From an uncultured Myxococcales bacterium (lineage in GTDB: Bacteria; Myxococcota_A; Polyangia; Fen-1088), in assembly GCA_964535465.1 (NCBI GenBank), contig CAZHUY010000001.1:1-62129 (forward strand): a stretch of DNA of 62,129 bases, in the 5' to 3' direction. The position numbers and the translations under genes were made by a program. The notes below the pieces were generated by a model. The model worked only from the letters and a program-made list of their open reading frames with translations. It was not told where the DNA came from and did no database searches. This document shows positions 26,782 to 34,975 of the stretch, piece by piece. Within the stretch, counting starts at the first letter, position 1; every line of letters starts with the position of its first letter.

Positions 26782-27621
26782 CTACTGCCTGGCGACGAGC
26801 GACTGGTTGCCCATGTACTTCCAGCGCTTCTTCCACCAACGCCGCGGTCCCTTGTCCAGACAGCCAAACGCTCGGTCATGGGATGGGCAGAAGACACGCA
26901 CGTGCATGTGATCGTCATGCGGCTGGCTGTCGCTGGGTTGTCTCAAGATCTCTCGAGCACGCGCCAGCAAAGCCGGATTGGCCCCTGCGCGCTCGGCCTC
27001 CTGCAGACACAGGTCGGCCAGAGGCTTGCTCATGAAAATCCACTGAACCTCGATGTCCGGTTGGGAAAGCAGGGCGGCCAGGAGAGACCAATTCCGCCGC
27101 TCGTCGAAACGAGCCTCCGGCAGAGGTTCCCGGATTCGCCGCCCGGCACCTCCGGGCGCCCACCCTGCAACCCGCCCGTCCGCAGCGAAGCGCAACATGG
27201 TGGGCAAATCGACGAGCGGGCGGTCGTCCGCTCCGGTTGCATAGTAGAAGATGTCCACATCACGACCGCTCTCATGGGAGCGATGGAGACTCGTGCGGCC
27301 TCCCCGCCGCAAAGAGAGATCTCCCACATAGGCCGCGCCTCCGGGCGCGGTCTGCTGCACCTTCGCGAAGGACCTGGTCAGGCCGACCACCAGCTCTTCG
27401 ATGGCGAAGTTGCGCCCTCGTTTGCGCCAGTCCGAGTGAATGAGATAGCCGTCCCCTTGTTCAGGCAAGGCTATCGCCCCGATCAAGGCCCCACGGGAGT
27501 GGGTGCCGATCGAGACGCTCTCCGGCCCAGCGTGGGCAAAGAATCCCACGCACCCCGAAGCCGTGACGAGCAGGGCCGACGCCCAGGCGAAGAAGCTAAC
27601 GCTGGTGCCGCCTGGGTCCAC
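26782..27621 (-). CDS. mepA: Penicillin-insensitive murein endopeptidase (peptidase M74)
   Basis: 279-aa ORF with a signal peptide and the family motifs LHRSHESGRDVDI and QPHDDHMHVRV (zinc ligands). Confidence 0.8.
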   Translation of the reverse strand: MDPGGTSVSFFAWASALLVTASGCVGFFAHAGPESVSIGTHSRGALIGAIALPEQGDGYLIHSDWRKRGRNFAIEELVVGLTRSFAKVQQTAPGGAAYVGDLSLRRGGRTSLHRSHESGRDVDIFYYATGADDRPLVDLPTMLRFAADGRVAGWAPGGAGRRIREPLPEARFDERRNWSLLAALLSQPDIEVQWIFMSKPLADLCLQEAERAGANPALLARAREILRQPSDSQPHDDHMHVRVFCPSHDRAFGCLDKGPRRWWKKRWKYMGNQSLVARQ

Positions 27622-27631
27622 GGCGGGCGTA

Positions 27632-28009
27632 CTAGCCGTACGCCTTCTCTATCCGCTCTTGGTCTTCCTTGCAGCGGATGCAGAGGGTGGTCTCAAGCCG
27701 CGCTTCCAGGCGTTTGGGAGAGATGGGCTCACCGCATTGCTCGCAGAGTCCGAACGTGCCGTCCTCGATGCGCTCAAGCGCGTGATCGATCTTCTGCAAA
27801 AAGACCTTCTCGCGTCCTCGCAGCCTGAACGTGAATGACTGAAGGTATTCCGACGACGCAAGATCCATTTCGTCGGGCAGATCGTCGGATTCCAACGTCA
27901 TGTCCTCGCTCAGGGTCCGCTGCGCGTTGCGAAGTATGTCCTTCTTTCGCGTCAGCAGAATCTCGCGAAAACGCTTGAGGTCTCGTTTCTTTAGTCCTGT
28001 CCCTTCCAT
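27632..28009 (-). CDS. dksA: RNA polymerase-binding DksA/TraR family zinc-finger protein
   Basis: 125-aa ORF with a coiled-coil region carrying acidic tip residues and a C4 finger CEQCGEPISPKRLEARLETTLCIRC. Confidence 0.85.
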   Translation of the reverse strand: MEGTGLKKRDLKRFREILLTRKKDILRNAQRTLSEDMTLESDDLPDEMDLASSEYLQSFTFRLRGREKVFLQKIDHALERIEDGTFGLCEQCGEPISPKRLEARLETTLCIRCKEDQERIEKAYG

Positions 28010-28103
28010 GAAGCCCCTTGACTCAAGTTATCTCGATGGCGGTCACGTACTCTACCTCGTAAACCGATCATGTCTCGGAAAACATACGGATGAACCCGCA
28101 TCC

Positions 28104-28133
28104 TTGACAGGGTGCCCAGAAACTGCGTAAATG
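28104..28133 (+). promoter_or_regulatory. Candidate sigma70-type promoter for the RHH gene
   Basis: TTGACA (28104-28109), an 18-nt spacer, then TAAATG (28128-28133), about 45 nt upstream of the ATG at 28176 in the lower-GC dksA/RHH divergent spacer. Confidence 0.3.
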
Positions 28134-28175
28134 CAAAAATTCTCCAGGGCGACTTAAGCCACAACGGGGTGCTTT

Positions 28176-28379
28176 ATGGCAGGTTCGGACAAGAGGAAAC
28201 AAAGTCTCTATTTTCCAGAAGAGATGCTCAAGGAGATCCAAGAAGAAGCAACACGGCAAGACCGTTCGCTTTCTTGGATCGTTCAGAAGGCATGGAAGAT
28301 CTCCCGCAAGGAGATCATGAAGTATCCGTCTGTTAACGAGTTTCCAGGCGAAGAAGACGAACGCGGCGCCAGCGAGTGA
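28176..28379 (+). CDS. Ribbon-helix-helix (CopG/Arc-like) small protein
   Basis: 67-aa ORF in a lower-GC patch. KQSLYFPEEMLKEIQEEATRQDRSLSWIVQKAWKI fits a beta-strand plus two helices as in RHH proteins. Confidence 0.55.
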   Translation: MAGSDKRKQSLYFPEEMLKEIQEEATRQDRSLSWIVQKAWKISRKEIMKYPSVNEFPGEEDERGASE

Positions 28380-28460
28380 GGCTGGACTCTCACACCTCGC
28401 TCGGAATCCTGAAGGCCGGCTTCGGTCAGCGCCCAGGGGACAAGTTTTCTCTCGCGTCAG

Positions 28461-29804
28461 ATGTCTGAATTTCTGCTTGTTGCTGATCAGGTTGCGCCTG
28501 TTGCCGACAGTGAGGTGGCAGGGGGGGTGGCAGCCTTGGCATTCGCGCTCTCCGCGGCCAAGCACCGGGTCACGGTGTTGTCGCTTGCCGCCCCGGAGGT
28601 CGTCACCGCGCTTCCTGGCATGGCGCGTCGTCTGCGCACGGTGAAAACGCGCATCGATGGCGCCGAGGCGGAGTTCTCGCTCTATGAAGGACGATCCGCT
28701 GTCAGCCAATGCTCGCTGTACATTCTCGGAGCGCAGTCGGCGAACCGTGGCCAACGGGCCTCGCTGCTCAGCGCCGCCGCAAGCTCCTTGATTCACGATC
28801 AGATCTGCTGGCCGGATGTGGTTCTGGGGTGGGGCGAAAGCTCGGCTCTCGCGCTGGCCTGCGCACCGAGCGCGACCGCGGCCCTGATTCTGCCGGAAGG
28901 GAAGTGGGCTCAAGCGCTGTCCAGTGAGGAACGCAACGAGCTCGACCCCGGCAACTCCGCCGTGGCCGCCTCCGGCGGAACCCTGGTTGGACTGGGATCC
29001 ATAGAGGCTGACGTGGTGCTCTTGCCCTGTCCCTCAGCCGCCGAGGCTTTTCGTAAGGCGAGCGATTTGGCCAGCATTCGAGCCTCGGATCAACCTGTGG
29101 CCGCGCTCCGTCTTGGATGTGACGAGTTGCCATACGACCCGGCCGTGGATCCCGTTCTGGCTGCCAGGTACTCCGCGACGTCTCTGACCGGAAAGCAGGA
29201 ATGCCGACGGGCGCTCCTCAGGCGGGCTTCGCTGTCGGTGGGCCCCAAGACTCTCTTGCTGGCGACGGGGCCGCTGGATCCCGCGCGAGGAGGACGCGAG
29301 ATTCTGGAGACCATCGCGCGCATCGAGCACACCGACGTGGCGGTGGTGTTTCCTGCTGGTGGGGATCGGGCCCTGGTCGACCAAGCCAATGTGCTGGCCA
29401 TGGGTTCCCCCGGCAAGATCAGGGTGTTTTCGGATTCCGGGTCGGAGGCTGAAAGACAGATTCTGGCCGCGGCCGACGCCGTCCTGCTTGCTGACGCCGG
29501 CGACCTCACCGGTCGTTCGGCTGGGCGCGCGCTTCGCTACGGCACTCTGCCTCTCGCGCCCGATGCAGCGGCCAACGGCGACTACTTGGTCGACTACGAC
29601 CAGGCCTCGCAGACCGGCTGTGCCCTACTCTACTCTCCCGATGATCCCTGGGGCGGATTGGGGGCCATCCAGCGGGCCATCGGCCTGCGCGCCAACTCGG
29701 AGATTTGGCAAGCGCTGCTCGCCTCGTTGCTGGGTGCAGCGCCGCGCTGGTCGACCACAGCCGCCTTCATCGAGACGATGTGCCTCAAGCCGGGCGCGGC
29801 CTGA
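28461..29804 (+). CDS. Glycogen/starch-synthase-like (GT5-fold) protein with degenerate catalytic motifs
   Basis: 447-aa ORF colinear with GlgA. KTGGL is replaced by SEVAGGV, the HAHDWH region reads LGWGES, and the E-x7-E/PCGL region reads ADAGDLTGRSAGRALRYGTLPL (by-eye alignment). Confidence 0.6.
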   Translation: MSEFLLVADQVAPVADSEVAGGVAALAFALSAAKHRVTVLSLAAPEVVTALPGMARRLRTVKTRIDGAEAEFSLYEGRSAVSQCSLYILGAQSANRGQRASLLSAAASSLIHDQICWPDVVLGWGESSALALACAPSATAALILPEGKWAQALSSEERNELDPGNSAVAASGGTLVGLGSIEADVVLLPCPSAAEAFRKASDLASIRASDQPVAALRLGCDELPYDPAVDPVLAARYSATSLTGKQECRRALLRRASLSVGPKTLLLATGPLDPARGGREILETIARIEHTDVAVVFPAGGDRALVDQANVLAMGSPGKIRVFSDSGSEAERQILAAADAVLLADAGDLTGRSAGRALRYGTLPLAPDAAANGDYLVDYDQASQTGCALLYSPDDPWGGLGAIQRAIGLRANSEIWQALLASLLGAAPRWSTTAAFIETMCLKPGAA

Positions 29805-29847
29805 GGGCGTGTCCTGATGGCCCGGTGGTCGGGTGTGAGGCGAGGCG

Positions 29848-30936
29848 CTACCCGTGCCTGTGCACGATGCGAACGCCAAGCTGCTCACCGAGCGTCACCA
29901 CCTCTCCCGTAGCCCAAAGCTGGTCACCCACCCGCAGACTGACGCCGTCGCCGGGCCGGGGACCAAGCTTGAGCGATCCTTCTCTGGCAAGTCTGACCAG
30001 CTCGTCCGAACGCAAACTGATGCGTCCCAGTTCTGCGACAGCTTCCACCGTGGTGCGAGACGGGTCCGAGGTCTCGGGCGAGGCAGGCGCGGCTGGCTTC
30101 CAACCCGGGTTCTGATTCCGAAACGCCGCTGTCTCCTCTTCCATCGGCGACCAAGAACCCTCCACAACCAGTCTGCTGTCTGGTTCGAGACGCGCGGAGA
30201 CACGGGACCGCCCAACCAGAAGTCTCACAGGCCATGCGGCCCCGGGGACGAGGCCAGGAGTCCCATCGAACACCAGCGCATCGCCCGGCACGGCGGCAGC
30301 CAGGTCCGCGGCTGGCACCTCGGTTCGGCCCAGCTCCAACACGCCCTCTGCCCCTGTGTCGTCGGACGGGATGGCCGCCGGATCGAGGTCGATCCCATCA
30401 GCCACCATGGCCAGGGGCCCGAGAAGAAGCGCACGGCCGTCTATCTCCGCTGCACCTTGAATCGTCCCCTCTATCAGGACCTGCCTGCCCTGCACACAGG
30501 GCTGCCCCTCCCCCGGGGCCACGGTCGCCCAACCCGCCAAGCCCAAGGAGCGCAAAGCGGCGAGCACCAGCGCCGCCATCATGCCCTTCTCGGCCAAGCC
30601 GAGCGGCCGAACCAGCCAAGGGGTCGCGTCGCCCAGAACGGCCCGAATCAGCCCACGGCAGACGTTCAAGGACACGCCTAGCCAAGCCTGCTCGCTTGAC
30701 CTCGAGAGTCGGAACCACGCCAAATCCTCGACCTGCTCCCGGTCCAACTCATCAACCAAGGCGATCCTGTCGGGCTGCAACCGAAGGTCACCGATTCTCT
30801 TGATCGAGATCACCGCTGGGCAGGGAAGACGCGCCCAGACGCGAGCCAGGACCAAGGCCGCCTCACCCGACAGGCGGGACGCCGATAGCCCTCCCTCGGG
30901 CGCGGAACTCTGCGACCTATCATCTGCCGCGGTCAT
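29848..30936 (-). CDS. SctQ/YscQ (FliM/FliN)-like protein with two SpoA domains
   Basis: 362-aa ORF. The C-terminal GRISLRSDELVRLAREGSLKLGPRPGDGVSLRVGDQLWATGEVVTLGEQLGVRIV is a typical SpoA/FliN C-terminal domain. A second SpoA-like segment is LELGRTEVPAADLAAAVPGDALVFDG...PVRLLVGRSRV. Confidence 0.6.
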   Translation of the reverse strand: MTAADDRSQSSAPEGGLSASRLSGEAALVLARVWARLPCPAVISIKRIGDLRLQPDRIALVDELDREQVEDLAWFRLSRSSEQAWLGVSLNVCRGLIRAVLGDATPWLVRPLGLAEKGMMAALVLAALRSLGLAGWATVAPGEGQPCVQGRQVLIEGTIQGAAEIDGRALLLGPLAMVADGIDLDPAAIPSDDTGAEGVLELGRTEVPAADLAAAVPGDALVFDGTPGLVPGAAWPVRLLVGRSRVSARLEPDSRLVVEGSWSPMEEETAAFRNQNPGWKPAAPASPETSDPSRTTVEAVAELGRISLRSDELVRLAREGSLKLGPRPGDGVSLRVGDQLWATGEVVTLGEQLGVRIVHRHG

Positions 30937-31073
30937 CGTAACCCTTGCCTAGGCTTGAGAAGCGACCGCCACCACGACCCTGCGCGGCTATCGCGGGATC
31001 GCGGGGAAGACTGGTCGATTTTCCCAATCGGCGACTCTGGACATCACCACGCGTATCAGCCATTCTCTTCCTC

Positions 31074-31436
31074 ATGGGGACGGAGGGGGCGGGGGCAGTC
31101 AAACGTATACTTCAACCAAACGGCTCTGGGGAAAGCAAAGACGTGAAACCTTCAGACGATGAATTAGGGTTTCTCTCTTGCCAGCAGATCGTTGACTACT
31201 GCCTGGATTTTCTGAGCGGCTCTCTGCCCGACCCCGAGCGCAGGCTTTTCTCTTCACACCTGCGCAATTGTTCGGATTGCATGAAGTTCTTCGAGACCTA
31301 CCGTAGAACCCCCGATCTTTCGCGTGAGGCTATGGCCCTGCGTATGCCCGAACGAGTCAGGACCGCTGTTCGTGATTTCCTGCGCGAGCGCTACGAGCAG
31401 AGCGCCGCCTCGAGCGAGAACTCGGCCAAAGGGTAG
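31074..31436 (+). CDS. ZAS-type (zf-HC2) putative anti-sigma factor domain protein, no TM
   Basis: CQQIVDYCLDFLSGSLPDPERRLFSSHLRNCSDCMKFFETY contains the H-x3-C-x2-C motif. The start is uncertain (ATG 31074 or GTG 31143). No sigma factor gene is adjacent. Confidence 0.55.
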   Translation: MGTEGAGAVKRILQPNGSGESKDVKPSDDELGFLSCQQIVDYCLDFLSGSLPDPERRLFSSHLRNCSDCMKFFETYRRTPDLSREAMALRMPERVRTAVRDFLRERYEQSAASSENSAKG

Positions 31437-31483
31437 CCCCGCCCGCTTGACAGGAAGCGCGATGGGGGCAAGATGACCGCAGC

Positions 31484-32425
31484 ATGCCCGTCGGCCAGGT
31501 TTGTCCTCGTTGTGAAGCCATCACCGGCCTCGACGCGACCAGGTGCCCGGCTTGCCAGACACCGATCGTCGAGGCAGGTGCTCGTGAGCCCTCGCCCGGC
31601 CGTGCCCAACCCGATCTCCGAGCGGAGGAATCCATGTCAAGCAAACCGTGCCCATCCTGCGGCAACCTGGTTCCCATTGGCGACCGTTTCTGCGGTCAAT
31701 GCGGAAACCGTATGGATGTGCCTGCACCCGCGCCTTCCGGCGGGGCGGGCAAGACCATGTTCTTTTCGGGAGTTCAGGTTGCCGGACTGGCCAAGCTCGT
31801 GGTGGTCAAGGCCAACAGCGCGGACGGTTTGGCCTACGAATTAGGCGGGACCGAGCACGTCGTGGGCCGGAGCGAAGGCGCCATCTTGTTCCCCGATGAC
31901 CCCATGGTGTCTCCCCACCACGCCAACTTTTTTTACCGCGACACCAAGCTCTATGTGCGCGACGAAGGATCGATCAACGGCGTGTTCGTGCGCATTCATG
32001 CCCCTTCCCGCCTGGAGTCCGGCGCCCTCTTCCTCATCGGCGAACAGCTCTTGCAGGTCGAAGCCCTGCCCCCTGACTTTGGCCCACAGCCAGACTCCGA
32101 AGGCACCTACTTCTATGCCAGCCCCAAGCGCGCCTCGAGGATGCGCATCATCCAGCGTCTACGTGGCGGTGAGATTGGCATCATCGTACGAGCTCGAGGC
32201 GAGAGCATCACGCTCGGTCGCGAGGGCAATGACCTGAACTTCCCCGACGACCCCTTCATCTCTGGCCGTCACGCCGAGGTCAGCATCGGGCCCGACGGCA
32301 TCTTCTCGGTGACGGACCTGGGCTCGAAGAACGGAACGTTCGTGCGCGCCACGGAGGAGATGGCTCTCGAACACGGAGACTACGTGTTCCTCGGTCAGCA
32401 ACTCCTGCGGGTTGAGATTTCGTAG
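31484..32425 (+). CDS. Zinc-ribbon + double FHA domain protein
   Basis: 313-aa ORF with two CxxC...CxxC ribbons (CPRCEA...CPAC; CPSCGN...CGQCG) and two FHA domains (VGRSEG...SPHHANF...INGVFV; LGREGN...SGRHAEV...KNGTFV). Confidence 0.85.
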   Translation: MPVGQVCPRCEAITGLDATRCPACQTPIVEAGAREPSPGRAQPDLRAEESMSSKPCPSCGNLVPIGDRFCGQCGNRMDVPAPAPSGGAGKTMFFSGVQVAGLAKLVVVKANSADGLAYELGGTEHVVGRSEGAILFPDDPMVSPHHANFFYRDTKLYVRDEGSINGVFVRIHAPSRLESGALFLIGEQLLQVEALPPDFGPQPDSEGTYFYASPKRASRMRIIQRLRGGEIGIIVRARGESITLGREGNDLNFPDDPFISGRHAEVSIGPDGIFSVTDLGSKNGTFVRATEEMALEHGDYVFLGQQLLRVEIS

Positions 32426-32496
32426 ACCGAAAATGGGATGGGCTGTGAAAGAGACTAGATTAACCTCTCATCATACGAATGCGCGGAGGATAGCCC

Positions 32497-33762
32497 GTGA
32501 TCATCTGTAGTCGCTGCGGCAAGGAAAACCAAGACCAGTTCAAGTACTGCCTCGGCTGTGGTCTGAAATTGGCGGCGGCTCCAGCGCCCGCTCCCGCCGA
32601 GCCAGCCAGGGCGACCTCGACAGCCCAGCCACCGGCCCCTGCCGCAAGAGCGTTCAGTCCGGCGCCCACCCCGGCTGCTGGTAGAACGTCGGTACCGCCG
32701 GGACCTGCCGGCGCGTCGGCGGTCCCCGTCGCGGTTCAACAAGCAGAACCGTCGCGACCACGCCCAGTGACCTCGCCGCAGGATCTTGCCACAGCGGCCA
32801 CCAGGTTATCATCGGCCCCGACCGCCTGGCGTCCGGGGGGAGCATCGACGCCGAGCGGGGGTTCGGTCCAGCCCGCCGTTGCGCAGCCCGCGCCACAAGT
32901 GGCCCCCGTCTCTCATCCGGAACCCAGTGCGCCCACGAGTGCCCATGGGGCCATCTCCTCGCCGGCTCCGACGGCCGGTCCTGTCATCTGTCCGCGCTGC
33001 GGAAAGACGGTCGCCACTGGTTTTGCCTTCTGCGGTGCCTGCGGACATCGGCTGAAAGTCGCCGCAGGGGCGGTGGTCGAGGCGGCCATCCAGCAAGCCG
33101 CGCATGTGGCCCCTGAGCCAAGGATCGCGGTGCGTGGCCAGTTGACCCTCATCCGGCCTGACGGCAGCGAAGGTGGCGTCCATGTCCTGCAACAGGGCGA
33201 AACCCTGATCGGCCGAGGCCAGGGACATCTGTTCGACGCCGACCCTTACCTTTCGCCGCGCCACTGCGAATTCGCTCTCACCCAGCAGGGTCTGCAGGTG
33301 CGCGATCTGCACAGCCTCAACGGCGTGTTCGTGAAACTGGCGCAGGAAGAGCAACTGCAGTCGGGCGACACCTTCCGCATCGGGCAGGAGTTGCTGCGCT
33401 TCGACGTCATCAACCCGCCAGCTCCGCTGGAAGACGGTACCGAAATCATCGGCACGCCCAACCCGGGCTATTGGGGCCGCCTTTCGGTGATCGTCGGTCG
33501 GGACATGGACGGTCCGGCCTTCCCCTTGTTCGACGAGACCGTGGTGCTGGGGCGCGAACGGGGCGACATTCTCTTCCCCGAGGATGGGTACGTTTCCGGC
33601 ACCCACGCCCAGATTACGCTACGCGATGGCCGCGTCTTCCTGAACGACTTGGGCTCGTCCAACGGGACGTTCTTGCGCATTCGCGAGAACCGGCACGTGA
33701 CCAGCGGCAGCTTGCTGCTGATGGGCCAGCAGCTGTTCCGGGTGGCCTACCAGACGGCATAA
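32497..33762 (+). CDS. Zinc-ribbon + double FHA domain protein (paralogue of the preceding gene)
   Basis: 421-aa ORF with CSRCGK...CLGCG, a Pro/Ala-rich linker, CPRCGK...CGACG and two FHA domains (IGRGQG...SPRHCEF...LNGVFV; LGRERG...SGTHAQI...SNGTFL). Confidence 0.85.
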   Translation: MIICSRCGKENQDQFKYCLGCGLKLAAAPAPAPAEPARATSTAQPPAPAARAFSPAPTPAAGRTSVPPGPAGASAVPVAVQQAEPSRPRPVTSPQDLATAATRLSSAPTAWRPGGASTPSGGSVQPAVAQPAPQVAPVSHPEPSAPTSAHGAISSPAPTAGPVICPRCGKTVATGFAFCGACGHRLKVAAGAVVEAAIQQAAHVAPEPRIAVRGQLTLIRPDGSEGGVHVLQQGETLIGRGQGHLFDADPYLSPRHCEFALTQQGLQVRDLHSLNGVFVKLAQEEQLQSGDTFRIGQELLRFDVINPPAPLEDGTEIIGTPNPGYWGRLSVIVGRDMDGPAFPLFDETVVLGRERGDILFPEDGYVSGTHAQITLRDGRVFLNDLGSSNGTFLRIRENRHVTSGSLLLMGQQLFRVAYQTA

Positions 33763-33820
33763 ACGCGAGGGGGCGCCCAACGGGCGAGGAACCCTCGTAC
33801 CAAGAGATGGCGGTCATGAG

Positions 33821-33845
33821 CATCTCCCCCGGAGAGGGGGAGATG
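33821..33845. terminator. Perfect 10-bp GC-rich hairpin between convergent genes (bidirectional terminator candidate)
   Basis: CATCTCCCCC-GGAGA-GGGGGAGATG lies between the FHA gene stop (33762) and the IPT lipoprotein stop (33868). There is no clear U-tract. Confidence 0.5.
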
Positions 33846-33867
33846 TCGAAGCCGCCTACCGCGCCCC

Positions 33868-34257
33868 CTACCTGGTCGGCTTCTTGTTGAAGAAGGCCTT
33901 CCGGGTGTCGTCGCTCTGCTTGGGCTCGACGTAGCGGAAACCGTTGGGAATCTTGAAACGGTCGCCGTTATCGAAGTCCAGGATCACGTCGACTGGCCCT
34001 TTGTCTCCGCTGGGCGTCACGACGTTGATCTTTGTCTTCGACGAGATGACGACTTGCTCGGCCACGCGCCCGCCGAAGGACACACGAACCTGTGTCTTGC
34101 CCGGCTGCAACCCGTTGCAGAGGATGTTGACCGCATCGCCACCCGCGGTGATCCCTTGATTGGGCTCCACGCGATCAATGCGGAGCTTGTTGTCCTCACA
34201 GGCTGCCAAGAAGAACAGAATTCCTGCGGTCAGAGACAGCCCCAAGACGCGTTTCAT
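33868..34257 (-). CDS. IPT/TIG-domain lipoprotein
   Basis: Start at MKRVLG (34257), preceded by a GGAGGAG RBS. Lipobox LFFLAAC. The IPT-like fold is RIDRVEPNQGITAGGDAVNILCNGL...VRVSFGGRVAEQVVISSKTKINVVTPSG. Confidence 0.7.
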   Translation of the reverse strand: MKRVLGLSLTAGILFFLAACEDNKLRIDRVEPNQGITAGGDAVNILCNGLQPGKTQVRVSFGGRVAEQVVISSKTKINVVTPSGDKGPVDVILDFDNGDRFKIPNGFRYVEPKQSDDTRKAFFNKKPTR

Positions 34258-34432
34258 GTTGGCTCCTCCTAGAAGTGAAGGCACCTTAGCCCGGTCGCCG
34301 TTTGCGGTCAACGAGGAGTCTGCAGCCCCCTATAGGAAAAAGCCGGGAGCCCGGCCCCTGCCCTCCCCCCGAGCCCTGCTCAGCGCAGGGAGTGCAGTGT
34401 TGCGGCCAGGCCATCCGCGTCGAAAGGACGAC

Positions 34433-34912
34433 TTACTTCCCCTTGTGTTTCGCCATGAACTCGTCCATGGCGCTCTTCACCTCATCGCGCGACAGTTTCT
34501 TCTTCTGGGTCGCGAAGGACCAGAGGTGCCCAAAGGGATCGACGACCATCCCCAAGCGATCGCCCCAGAAAGCGTCTTCCATTGGCATGCGCACCGTGGC
34601 GCCTGCTCCGACCGCACGGTTGAAGAGGGCGTCGCTGTTCTCGCAATAGACCATGAGGCTGACCGGCGTGCCGCCGAGCGACTGCGGCCCCTTACCTCCC
34701 CTCTCGGGCATCTCGTCGGCGAGCATGAGGACCGAGTCGCCAATCTTGATCTCCGCATGCATCAGCCGCCCGTCGGGTCCAGGGATGCGGTACAGCTCTT
34801 GCGCGCCCAGAGCCTTGACGTACCAGTCGATGGCCTTGCCGGCATCCTTGATGACCAGATACGGGGTGACGCTGTGATAGCCCTCGGGTATCGGTTTGAC
34901 TTTTTCAGACAC
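34433..34912 (-). CDS. VOC (glyoxalase/PhnB-like) family protein
   Basis: 159-aa ORF. GYHSVTPYLVIKDAGKAIDWYVKALGAQE...HAEIKIGDSVLMLAD...FWGDRLGMVVDPFGHLW is typical of PhnB-like VOC proteins. Confidence 0.85.
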   Translation of the reverse strand: MSEKVKPIPEGYHSVTPYLVIKDAGKAIDWYVKALGAQELYRIPGPDGRLMHAEIKIGDSVLMLADEMPERGGKGPQSLGGTPVSLMVYCENSDALFNRAVGAGATVRMPMEDAFWGDRLGMVVDPFGHLWSFATQKKKLSRDEVKSAMDEFMAKHKGK

Positions 34913-34975
34913 GTGTATCGCCTCCTCCTGGTTGCCCGTTCGGGTGGATGATCCGAGCCAGCAAAAGGTTTCGGG

